Counted from the first letter of the stretch, positions 1 to 7,821 are shown. The stretch is DNA of 20,000 bases from Ferroacidibacillus organovorans (GCF_001642725.1 NZ_LSUQ01000001.1:116992-136991); one strand, 5' to 3'. The notes: generated by a model from the letters alone, not told the origin. Numbers and translations are program-made.

Positions 1-2
1 AA

Positions 3-167
3 GAGGTATTGAGCGCCCTTGAGGATGATCATGAATTCCTTTTAGAAGGCGGCGTCTTTGACAGAGATTTCATTCAAACGTGGATTGAGTTGAAGCGTAC
101 GACGGAGATTCAACCCCTCTCTATGCGCCCACATCCGCATGAGTTTCAAATGTATCTGGATCTCTAA
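3..167 (+). CDS. glnA: Glutamine synthetase type I, C-terminal fragment (gene begins left of window)
   Basis: Manual translation from position 3: EVLSALEDDHEFLLEGGVFDRDFIQTWIELKRTTEIQPLSMRPHPHEFQMYLDL*, TAA at 165-167. Matches the GSI C-terminal pattern FL..GGVF....I..I..K......RPHP.EF..Y. Not in ORF track. Confidence 0.9.
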   Translation, partial: EVLSALEDDHEFLLEGGVFDRDFIQTWIELKRTTEIQPLSMRPHPHEFQMYLDL

Positions 168-182
168 GTGGCTCGTACATTC

Positions 183-217
183 AAAAAAGATGAGAAGTAG
201 GATGCTTCCCCTTTTTT
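183..217 (+). terminator. Possible intrinsic terminator after glnA
   Basis: AAAAAAG..GAAGTA-GGA-TGCTTC-CCC-TTTTTT: short stem with one G-U pair, flanked by A and T tracts. Confidence 0.45.
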
Positions 218-257
218 GTACCTGCATTTGATGATTTGACGGTGCAACGCACCGATG

Positions 258-286
258 TTGGAGCAATTGCATCCCCATGATACACT
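258..286 (+). promoter_or_regulatory. Putative sigma-A promoter for nfo-mtnE
   Basis: TTGGAG (258-263), 17 nt spacer, TACACT (281-286) with extended TGn. Confidence 0.4.
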
Positions 287-357
287 GTGCGTGTTCGCGA
301 CAACGTTGCGAGCACGCTCTTTTGTGATCAAACCTTTCAAGATCGGTGGTGGAGAAA

Positions 358-1221
358 ATGCGTTTAGGTGCCAATGTATCAATTGCCAAAACAGGGCTGC
401 TGCGCGCGGTTGAAGAATCGATCTCCTATGAAGCGGACACGTATATGATTTACACGAGGAGCAATCGCGGGGGACCAGCGCGCGACATCGAAACATTCCA
501 TCGAGATCAGGCGTATGAAATGATGGCGACACATCACCTCGCCGACCCTGTTGTCCATCTCTCGTATCTCGTCAATCTTGCGAGCGTCAAGCCTGAAACC
601 TACGCGTATGGTGTCGAGGTTTTGCGTGAAGAGATCAAGCGTGTGTCCTATCTCGGCTTTCGCTACATCGTGATGCACCCGGGCAGTCATGTGGGCATTG
701 GCGCAGAGAGTGGCATCAAGCGCATTGCAGAAGGACTGAATGAAATTCTTGATGGTACGGAAGACGTGTTTCTGTGTCTTGAGACAATGGCAGGCGATGG
801 ATCCAAGGTTGGAAATTCACTTGAAGAAATTGCAGAGATTATCTCTCTCGTACAGCAGCGTGATAAAATGGCTGTCTGTATCGACACGTGCCACAACTAT
901 AGTTACGGTTATGATATCGTGAATGACTTCGATGGATTCCTGCAAAAGTTCGATGACCTACTCGGCCTTTCACTTTTAAAAGTGGCGCACATCAATGATT
1001 CCAAAACCCCCTTTGGCTCACACAAGGATCGGCACGCAAACATAGGTCGTGGATCGATTGGTGTGGACGCACTTCGGCGGATCGTGCGCCATCCTATTCT
1101 CGCCGAGATCCCACTCATACTTGAAACACCAGGTGGGCACTACAAGCAGGAGATTGCTTTGTTGCGCGGACTTACCGAAGATTTACCTGAAGATGCGGAT
1201 GACAAGGGAGAATCCGCGTGA
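358..1221 (+). CDS. nfo: Endonuclease IV (AP endonuclease)
   Basis: Zn-ligand motifs VHLSYLVN, VMHPG, LETMAG, DTCH, HINDS, DRH and LETP. ATG 358 follows GGTGGAG RBS; the track start at 346 overlaps that RBS. Confidence 0.93.
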   Translation: MRLGANVSIAKTGLLRAVEESISYEADTYMIYTRSNRGGPARDIETFHRDQAYEMMATHHLADPVVHLSYLVNLASVKPETYAYGVEVLREEIKRVSYLGFRYIVMHPGSHVGIGAESGIKRIAEGLNEILDGTEDVFLCLETMAGDGSKVGNSLEEIAEIISLVQQRDKMAVCIDTCHNYSYGYDIVNDFDGFLQKFDDLLGLSLLKVAHINDSKTPFGSHKDRHANIGRGSIGVDALRRIVRHPILAEIPLILETPGGHYKQEIALLRGLTEDLPEDADDKGESA

Positions 1222-2393
1222 TGACGCAGGCTGAGCGGATGAATCGACTGCCGAAGCAATTCTTTGCCACGCTGACAAGAAAAGTGGCAGAACTTCAAAA
1301 AAGCGCACCAGATTTGATCAATTTAGGGCAAGGCAATCCCGACCAACCAACCCCGCCGCACATTGTTGACGCGCTCTGTGAAGCGGCGCGCGATCCAGTG
1401 AACCATCGATACGGATCTTTTCGCGGAGAGTCCTATTTAAGAGAAGCCATTTGCTCGTACTATGAGCGAGAATTTGGCGTTTCTCTCGATCCTGCGCGAG
1501 AAGTGGCCATTCTGTTTGGTGGAAAGGCGGGTCTTGTCGAAGTCAGCCAATGTATTTTAAATGAAGGGGATCTCGCGCTCGTTCCTGACCCTGGGTATCC
1601 AGATTATCAATCGGGGGTCGCACTGGCCGGCGCTCATATGGAATACATGCCGCTGTTGCGAGAGAATGATTTTTTGCCTGACTATCGGAGCATTGATGAA
1701 GAAGTGGCGCGGCGAGCGAAACTGATGTTTTTAAACTACCCGAACAATCCTACGGCAGCGGTGGCAACTCCTGACTTCTTTGAAGAGACGGTCCGTTTTG
1801 CGAAACGAAGCCACACGGTGGTGGTTCACGACTTTGCATACGGCGCGATTGGGTTCTCCGAAAAACCTGTCAGTTTTCTCGCGACAAAAGGCGCAAAGGA
1901 TGTTGGGATTGAAGTCTATACACTTTCGAAAACGTACAACATGGCCGGTTGGCGTGTGGGATTTGCCCTTGGACGAGAAGATGTGATCGAAAGCCTCAAT
2001 CTGTACCAGGACCACGCGTATGTTTCGCTTTTTGGCGCGATCCAGCGGGCGGCAGCGGTAGCGCTTACCGAATCGCAAGCATCGGTGCGGGAGCTTGTTG
2101 ATCTCTACCGAAAGAGACGAGACAGGTTTTTGCAAACGCTCAGCGATCAAGGGGTGCCCGTTTTGCAGTCGCAAGGATCGTTTTTTGTATGGCTCCCTGT
2201 TCCTGAAGGCGTTTCATCCGAATCGTTTACAGATCAACTCCTCTATGACGAACATGTCGCTGTGGCTGCCGGAAACGGCTTTGGCCGCTACGGAGAAGGG
2301 TATGTTCGCATCGGTTTGTTGACGGATGAGACTCGCCTATACGCTGCGGCTCTACGAATTGCGCGCATGTACCACCGCGCGGCGAGAGGATAG
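1218..2393 (+). CDS. mtnE: PLP-dependent class I/II aminotransferase, MtnE (methionine-salvage transaminase)-like
   Basis: LPKQFFA.L..KV, INLGQGNPDQPTP, LFGGKAGLVE, LNYPNNPT, HDFAYG, TLSKTYNMAGWRVG and GFG.YGEGYVR closely follow B. subtilis MtnE/YkrV as recalled. GTGA overlap with the nfo stop. Confidence 0.8.
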   Translation: MMTQAERMNRLPKQFFATLTRKVAELQKSAPDLINLGQGNPDQPTPPHIVDALCEAARDPVNHRYGSFRGESYLREAICSYYEREFGVSLDPAREVAILFGGKAGLVEVSQCILNEGDLALVPDPGYPDYQSGVALAGAHMEYMPLLRENDFLPDYRSIDEEVARRAKLMFLNYPNNPTAAVATPDFFEETVRFAKRSHTVVVHDFAYGAIGFSEKPVSFLATKGAKDVGIEVYTLSKTYNMAGWRVGFALGREDVIESLNLYQDHAYVSLFGAIQRAAAVALTESQASVRELVDLYRKRRDRFLQTLSDQGVPVLQSQGSFFVWLPVPEGVSSESFTDQLLYDEHVAVAAGNGFGRYGEGYVRIGLLTDETRLYAAALRIARMYHRAARG

Positions 2394-2409
2394 ATCAATC
2401 CCATCGATG

Positions 2410-3048
2410 TCACGGGTGTTCGTATCCTTCCCCTAACTGTGTGGGGCGACGGAAGCGGTCTGCGAGTTGGATAAGCCATAGACGGTGGTAGGGCTCAATA
2501 AAGAGTACGGGCTCTACGCGTCGATCAAGCCCTGGTTCTATTTTATATTGCCAAATGGTTGTGCGCGTGGTTGCACCCTCGTTCATGCGCACACCCATGT
2601 GTACGGAATCGCGATAGCCGTTTTTATAAGAAATGAGATTCAGCTGTCCGTGAAGCTCATTCACGAGAAAGCGAAAACGTGCGCTGCGCAAGACAGGCGC
2701 TTTGATCCACGGCGTCAAGCCGTCTTTTCCAGTGCGAAATCGCTGTTCTGTTTCAAGAACGACGACTTCTGCGTCTGGGAGAGGCTTTAAGGTTCGGCCG
2801 TCGATGACTTTAACGCGAAGATCACCATATTTTTGTCCAGGAACGACAGGGTCATAACCCGATGATCCACGTGGTGGATCATGTCGCGGCGCAGGCGTTG
2901 GTTTGGGAACGGATTGGTTTGTGTCGGGCGCGCTGTTCCCAGAAGCCGCCAATGCGCTTGATGTCGTTACAAGGGATAGCGAAAAGAGAGCAAAGGCTGT
3001 GCAGAGTGGCAATGCTAAGCGTTTACCTTGCAGGCGCACCAGTCTCAT
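2410..3048 (-). CDS. Secreted hypothetical protein (signal peptide, Pro-rich linker, carboxypeptidase-regulatory-like beta domain)
   Basis: Basic N-terminus plus hydrophobic stretch ending in ALA; V.DG.T.KPL..A.V.V....T..DG pattern. ATGA overlap with the upstream gene. Confidence 0.7.
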   Translation of the reverse strand: MRLVRLQGKRLALPLCTAFALFSLSLVTTSSALAASGNSAPDTNQSVPKPTPAPRHDPPRGSSGYDPVVPGQKYGDLRVKVIDGRTLKPLPDAEVVVLETEQRFRTGKDGLTPWIKAPVLRSARFRFLVNELHGQLNLISYKNGYRDSVHMGVRMNEGATTRTTIWQYKIEPGLDRRVEPVLFIEPYHRLWLIQLADRFRRPTQLGEGYEHP

Positions 3049-3710
3049 CCTTTCCCGACGCCGGGGATCTGAACGAGAGATCGTCCGACATAATAAAATT
3101 GGAGAATTTGCAAGAAGTCACGGCCTTGGGAAGCTAAAAATTGGGTCCCCCACTGTGACATTTTTTGCGAATTGCGATATTGCCAGTTGGGGCTATTTTC
3201 ATAACCAGCGCGATAGTTTAATTCAAAGATTTCACCGCTTGGTTGAACAAATGCAAGGGGGCGTGTGCGATAGTACGCGCGATCGGTTGCATCCTGGTCT
3301 GAAAAAGCTTTGTAGGTTTGAAAGTTGACCGTGTTATCGACATCAAAGGTGAAACCGCCTACGGTCACGGGGTGAAGATGGTGGTACCAAGCGAACATCT
3401 TTACGGCGATGGCTCCTGACTCAAGTGATGCGGGGTGCCAAGATGGAAACCATTCATTTGGAATGACATCGCGACAGTACTGGTCGAAGTTGACTGTGGA
3501 AACATAAATGATGCGCCCGCGCGGATCGGGCTCACCAGACATATTGTTTTCTCGAATGGCGACGCGAATCATACTTGGAAATCCGGATTGTCCGATCAAA
3601 GAGATCTGCGCGTGAGCGATGTTGTGAGATGCGTTAAAAAGAGCCACCACAGTGCCGATCAGCGTCAATGCGCTGAGCAATCGAAGAGGAAACCACGCGC
3701 GATGCACCAA
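3045..3710 (-). CDS. Compact SpoIID/LytB-domain protein (putative lytic transglycosylase) with signal peptide
   Basis: FDQYCRDVIPNEW..SW...SL..GAIAVK.FA, FDV.NT.NFQ.Y, MSQWG...LA.QG.....IL.FYY. GGAGG at 3723-3719 favours TTG 3710 as start. Confidence 0.8.
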   Translation of the reverse strand: MVHRAWFPLRLLSALTLIGTVVALFNASHNIAHAQISLIGQSGFPSMIRVAIRENNMSGEPDPRGRIIYVSTVNFDQYCRDVIPNEWFPSWHPASLESGAIAVKMFAWYHHLHPVTVGGFTFDVDNTVNFQTYKAFSDQDATDRAYYRTRPLAFVQPSGEIFELNYRAGYENSPNWQYRNSQKMSQWGTQFLASQGRDFLQILQFYYVGRSLVQIPGVGKG

Positions 3711-3861
3711 CAGGAACACCTCCAGCGATCAATGTGAGAAAAGATAGGTACAATGCTGTGTACTTATCCATTCCCAACTCGCAGAAGATCATGCACCCTT
3801 TGAGAAATTGCGTTGAATCGTTACAATGAGAGCAGGCAAGGATGAAGGGTGGGACAAAAAA

Positions 3862-4434
3862 GTGGAACGTTTAAACTTGACGGGTGTCAATAAACACAAA
3901 GCGCCTGATGCGCTCTCAAACCTCTCTGCTGTATTGATTGATCGAGACGGTGTTCGCATCGATAATGCCGCGATTCACGGTAAGAGCAAAGTTGAGCGAG
4001 GCATTACGTGGGTGACTGACACGGACGATATCCCAGAACCTCAGCGCATTGCGTTAGTTTGGGTGACACTTCATCGCGAGATTCTTGGCCTTGGGATTCA
4101 CGGATTGGCGGCTTCTATTTTTTACGTTGATTCAGAAGCAGGTTTGGGTTATAAAAATTTGGCTGATCAAGTGAACAAGATGGACAGCGCAGTCAAAGGA
4201 AAAATTCAGCTTGACATGCTTACAGAAGCAGAAATGAAGCAACTCGGCGCTTTTCTGATGGCACAACGAGAAGAACTCTGGGTCAATGCGTCAGAGGCGG
4301 TGTGGGCAAATTGGCTTACTGAGGAGCAATACAAGCCGATGAAGCTCATGCGAATTGAGGCGGAAAAAGATCGCGAACGCATTCGCCGTGAGGCAGAGCG
4401 AGAGCGTTCCGAAGGGATGAACGAACACAAGTAA
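3862..4434 (+). CDS. ywhD: YwhD family protein
   Basis: L.NLSAV.ID, A.H.KS.VERGI, LVWVT and GYK.L...VN.MD motifs. GTG 3862 preferred because a TTGAGA/TACAAT promoter-like site (3800-3827) overlaps ATG 3826. Confidence 0.75.
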   Translation: MERLNLTGVNKHKAPDALSNLSAVLIDRDGVRIDNAAIHGKSKVERGITWVTDTDDIPEPQRIALVWVTLHREILGLGIHGLAASIFYVDSEAGLGYKNLADQVNKMDSAVKGKIQLDMLTEAEMKQLGAFLMAQREELWVNASEAVWANWLTEEQYKPMKLMRIEAEKDRERIRREAERERSEGMNEHK

Positions 4435-4467
4435 ACGCATCGTTGCAGACAGGATGGGATTGTCCAG

Positions 4468-5922
4468 TTGTCGAATCAGCAAGATACACCTCTTTTTACT
4501 GCGCTGCGCAAACACGCAGAGCGTCAGCCGCTCCAATTTCACATTCCAGGACACAAGACTGGTCTTGCGATGGATCCTGAATTTCGCGATTTTATGGGGC
4601 AAAATGCCCTCTCCATTGACTTGATCAATATCGGCCCGCTCGATGATCTGATGCATCCGACCGGGATCATCGCTGAGGCGCAAGCGCTCGCGGCGGAAGC
4701 GTTTGGCGCAGACGCCACCTATTTTTCTGTGCAGGGCACGAGCGGGGCGATCATGGCCATGATTTTGTCTGTGGTCGGACCTGGCGACGAAATTCTCGTG
4801 CCGCGAAACATTCATAAATCCGTCTTGTCGGCAATCATCCTTTCCGGCGCGCGCCCGTTTTTCTTGCAGCCAGAGGTCGATCTTCATCTCGGCATTGCGC
4901 ATGGCTTGCGCTTGGAAACGGTGATCGCGGGGCTTGACGCGCACCCAAACGCAAAAGCTGTATTAGTAATCAATCCCACCTATTTTGGTGTCGCGACGGA
5001 TCTGCGTTCGATCGTTCACGTCGCCCATGCGCGTGGCGTACTGGTGCTCGTCGATGAGGCGCACGGTGTTCATACGTATTTCCACGAAGCGTTACCCGAT
5101 TCGGCGATGCAAGCGGGCTGTGACCTCTCTGCGACGAGTGTTCATAAACTGGGCGGATCACTCACACAGAGTTCTGTATTGAATGTGCGCGAAGGTCTTG
5201 TGCGGGCACGCCACGTTCACTCCATACTATCGATGCTCCACACCACGTCGACGTCCTATCTGCTGTTGGCATCCCTTGACGCGGCGCGTCGCCAGCTAGC
5301 GGTACACGGGAGAGGACGGATTGCAAACGCGATTACTCTTGCGGAGGACGCCCGCCTGCGAATCAATGAGATTGAGGGGCTCTATTGTTTTGGACGCGAA
5401 ATTTTACAGTCTTCCGCGACGTTTGCGTTCGATCCGCTTAAACTCACGATTCGCGTCGCGGATATCGGGATCTCTGGGTATGAGGTAGAAGGAATTTTGC
5501 GTGATCACTATAACATTGAAGTCGAGATGTCTGATCTGTACAACATCCTATGCATTATTTCGTTCGGGGACACGGAGTCAAGCGTAGCGCAACTCATTCA
5601 CGCGCTGCGTGATCTCGTTGAAATTGAGCGGCTGCGAACCCATGTCCCGCGAAAAATTGTCGTCCCGTCGACGCCGCGCCTTGCCATGCCGCCGCGTGAC
5701 GCATTCTATGCAGATTCTGAAGTTGTCACGCTGCGTGAAGCGATTGGGCGAACCATTGCCGACATGATCATGGTCTATCCACCCGGCATACCGATTTTAC
5801 TCCCGGGCGAGATCGTCACACTCGATAATGTGCAATATATTGAAGAAAATCTCGCTGAGGGGCTGCCTGTACAGGGACCTGATGATCCATCGATTCAAAC
5901 GGTTCGTGTCGTTCGCGAGTAA
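4468..5922 (+). CDS. speA: Arginine decarboxylase (Orn/Lys/Arg decarboxylase class I)
   Basis: QFHIPGHK, FSVQGTSGAIM, PRNIHKS, DEAHG, ATSVHKLGGSLTQSS (PLP lysine), TTSTSYLLLASLD, YPPGIP; very similar to B. subtilis SpeA as recalled. TTG start. Confidence 0.88.
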   Translation: MSNQQDTPLFTALRKHAERQPLQFHIPGHKTGLAMDPEFRDFMGQNALSIDLINIGPLDDLMHPTGIIAEAQALAAEAFGADATYFSVQGTSGAIMAMILSVVGPGDEILVPRNIHKSVLSAIILSGARPFFLQPEVDLHLGIAHGLRLETVIAGLDAHPNAKAVLVINPTYFGVATDLRSIVHVAHARGVLVLVDEAHGVHTYFHEALPDSAMQAGCDLSATSVHKLGGSLTQSSVLNVREGLVRARHVHSILSMLHTTSTSYLLLASLDAARRQLAVHGRGRIANAITLAEDARLRINEIEGLYCFGREILQSSATFAFDPLKLTIRVADIGISGYEVEGILRDHYNIEVEMSDLYNILCIISFGDTESSVAQLIHALRDLVEIERLRTHVPRKIVVPSTPRLAMPPRDAFYADSEVVTLREAIGRTIADMIMVYPPGIPILLPGEIVTLDNVQYIEENLAEGLPVQGPDDPSIQTVRVVRE

Positions 5923-5946
5923 TTTCGGGTTGGCTGCGATTTCCTG

Positions 5947-5975
5947 GTGACAGCGTTCGACAAAAATCGTAAACT
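5947..5975 (+). promoter_or_regulatory. Putative sigma-A promoter of the riboswitch leader with an internal Spo0A box
   Basis: GTGACA, 17 nt, TAAACT places +1 just before the riboswitch. TTCGACA (reverse complement of TGTCGAA) at 5956-5962. Confidence 0.45.
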
Positions 5976-5984
5976 ATAAAAATA

Positions 5985-6103
5985 GCATAGCCGAATCACT
6001 TGAAGAGAGTGTACGGAGGACCCATGTAGTTGGGGTGAACTTTGCATTGATGCAAAGCGGGACGACCTTCTCCCGAACCCGTCAGCTAACTCCGGAGGCG
6101 TGG
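5985..6103 (+). ncRNA. c-di-AMP (ydaO/yuaA) riboswitch
   Basis: Conserved blocks GCCGAATC..GTACGGAGGA..GGGGTGAA..GGGA..TCCCGAACCCGTCAGCTAACTCCGGAGGCG; CTTTGCAT/ATGCAAAG stem; lies upstream of a cell-wall enzyme, the typical context. Confidence 0.93.
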
Positions 6104-6114
6104 GAGGAAATCGT

Positions 6115-6912
6115 TTGACATACGAAATTTTTAAACGGTTGTCAGCTGCTACGCTGACAGTTGGTTCTTTTCTTATGTTTTTTGGTGGTGACGCAACCAG
6201 TATGGCGGCGACGCTTCCAGCGGCACCATACACTGTTAAGGCGGGGGATACGCCTCTTTCAATCGCTCACCTCACTGGCTTTAGTGTTTCTCGTTTTGAT
6301 TTGGTCAATCACCTCGCTGGTCCGAGTGCGCGTTTGATTCCAGGTGAAAAAGTGGCGCTCCCATTTTTGTATCGTGTGTCATCTGGCGATACACTCTCTT
6401 ATCTTGCGCAGCATTACGGCACGACGGTCGCGCGGATCATGGCATTGAACCACCTGCACAGCTCGTTGATTTACGCGGGGCAGACACTGCTTTTCGCGCG
6501 AGGAAGTGCCGCTGTTCAGCATGTTGCACATCCGCTCGTTTTTCGAGCGGCGAATGTCTCGTCCCATGTTGCACCTGCACCAACACCCGCAAAACAAGGA
6601 CTGGGGACGTTTTTGGCCAGCGCCTATGATCCGTCCGTCTCTTCGAATGGGCCGTGGGGTGCGGTTGACTATTTTGGACAACCCCTCAAGTTCGGGGATG
6701 TCGCGGTCGACCCGAGTGTCATACCACTTGGCTCAACGCTTTATATCAGCGGTTACTCAGATCCGGCGCTGCCGGCTGGTGGATTTTATGCAAAAGCGGT
6801 GGATACAGGCGGCGCAATCAAGGGAAAACGAATCGATGTGTTCTTGCCAACCTATACCGCTGCCATGAACTTTGGGTTGGAGAATGTCAGTGTCTCCATC
6901 GTTCGAAAGTAA
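6115..6912 (+). CDS. Secreted LysM-LysM-3D domain protein (YocH/Sps-like peptidoglycan lytic enzyme)
   Basis: Signal peptide, two LysM (YTVKAGDT, YRVSSGDTL), 3D domain (ASAY, VAVDPSVIPLGS, A.DTGGAIKGKRIDVF). TTG 6115 follows GGGAGG at 6102-6107. Confidence 0.9.
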   Translation: MTYEIFKRLSAATLTVGSFLMFFGGDATSMAATLPAAPYTVKAGDTPLSIAHLTGFSVSRFDLVNHLAGPSARLIPGEKVALPFLYRVSSGDTLSYLAQHYGTTVARIMALNHLHSSLIYAGQTLLFARGSAAVQHVAHPLVFRAANVSSHVAPAPTPAKQGLGTFLASAYDPSVSSNGPWGAVDYFGQPLKFGDVAVDPSVIPLGSTLYISGYSDPALPAGGFYAKAVDTGGAIKGKRIDVFLPTYTAAMNFGLENVSVSIVRK

Positions 6913-6933
6913 GGGTGTCTAAGACGGATTGGT

Positions 6934-6979
6934 TTGAAACGCGCGTGCCCGCTCCGTTATACTGACTGAGTAAACGGAG
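6934..6979 (+). promoter_or_regulatory. Putative bcp promoter overlapping a hairpin that may terminate the LysM-3D gene
   Basis: TTGAAA, 18 nt, TATACT (6958-6963). Hairpin CTCCGTT-A-TACT/AGTA-AACGGAG followed by GTTGTTATT. Confidence 0.5.
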
Positions 6980-7008
6980 GTTGTTATTCCACAGTCGGGA
7001 GGTACGTT

Positions 7009-7461
7009 ATGCCAATCATGTCTGGACAAGCCCCTACGTTTCAACTCGCTGCGACTGGTGAGCGGAACGTTTCGCTTGAATCGTATGTGGGGAAAACCGT
7101 GGTTCTCTTTTTCTATCCAAAAGATGACACACCAGGCTGAACCACGGAAGCGACCGGTTTTCGCGATCAGTATGAGCTGTTCGTCGAAAAAGGGGTTGCC
7201 GTGCTCGGTGTGAGCACTGATTCGATCGCGTCTCACGAAAAGTTTGCCGCGAAATACCAATTGCCATTTCCATTGCTTTCCGATCCTGACGCAGCGATTT
7301 GTAAAGCCTATGAGGTGTATGTCGAAAAAAACATGTATGGTAAAAAGTACATGGGCATTGAACGCACCACATTTGTGATCGATGGGGAAGGTCAGATTGC
7401 GAGAGTCTATCCTAAAGTGAAAGTGGATGGACACGCAGAAAAGGTTCTTGCAGATCTATAA
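7009..7461 (+). CDS. bcp: BCP/PrxQ peroxiredoxin with in-frame TGA at the peroxidatic Cys (candidate selenoprotein)
   Basis: GGGAGGT RBS and ATG 7009: MPIMSGQAPTFQLAATGERNVSLESYVGKTVVLFFYPKDDTPG*TTEATGFRDQYELF..., continuing in frame into the track ORF 7201-7461 (LGVSTD, PLLSD, ERTTFVID). TGA at 7138-7140 is codon 44 of 150. Confidence 0.9.
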
Positions 7462-7469
7462 ATACGCTT

Positions 7470-7526
7470 AAAACCCCACATCTCGGGCCATGCTGATGAG
7501 GATGGCCTAGAGAAGGTGGGGTTTTT
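7470..7526 (+). terminator. Long hairpin terminator after bcp
   Basis: AAAACCCCAC/GTGGGGTTTT, TCTC/GAGA and GGGCCAT/ATGGCCT arms ending in a T run. Confidence 0.75.
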
Positions 7527-7821
7527 ACGCGAAATCGGCCGTTCATAATGATTTCGGTGATGGTTATTTGTGTGTCATTTGTTCCACATGCGACACTTGT
7601 TAACGTGAGCCAAAGCATAGGGCGGGATGTGTCAGATCTCGAAATCAAAGCTTGGAACGCAGCGCAAAGAGATGGTATTTTTCGAGTGATGCAGCTGCAA
7701 ATTCAGAAAATCACCAAACTGGCGGTGCAATCGCATTTTTAGGTCACGGATTTTGAAGCAATGGGTGCTCCATTCGGTGTATACTTGTCGTAATCGTATT
7801 CGCTGAAAGGAGCATTCATTC

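Noticed and set aside
168..357. SAM-I (S-box) riboswitch upstream of nfo-mtnE
   Set aside because: Conserved ATC(A/C)AGAG…GGAGGGA…GGCAACC blocks are not present.
6919..7434. 171-aa antisense ORF over bcp and similar long shadow ORFs (4291-4944, 9383-9961, 1731-2174)
   Set aside because: Antisense to well-supported genes, with no recognisable motifs.
7201..7461. 86-aa ORF as a standalone gene, or bcp as a plain pseudogene
   Set aside because: It is the C-terminal part of bcp. A single stop at exactly the catalytic codon with intact signals favours recoding, although a pseudogene is not formally excluded.
7485..7540. Hammerhead ribozyme suggested by CTGATGAG…CGAAA
   Set aside because: No stem II can be formed between CUGAUGA and GAAA, and no stem I/III partners were found; the motif sits in the loop of a terminator-like hairpin.
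7548..7742. 64-aa ORF in the bcp-iscA spacer
   Set aside because: No RBS and no recognisable similarity.
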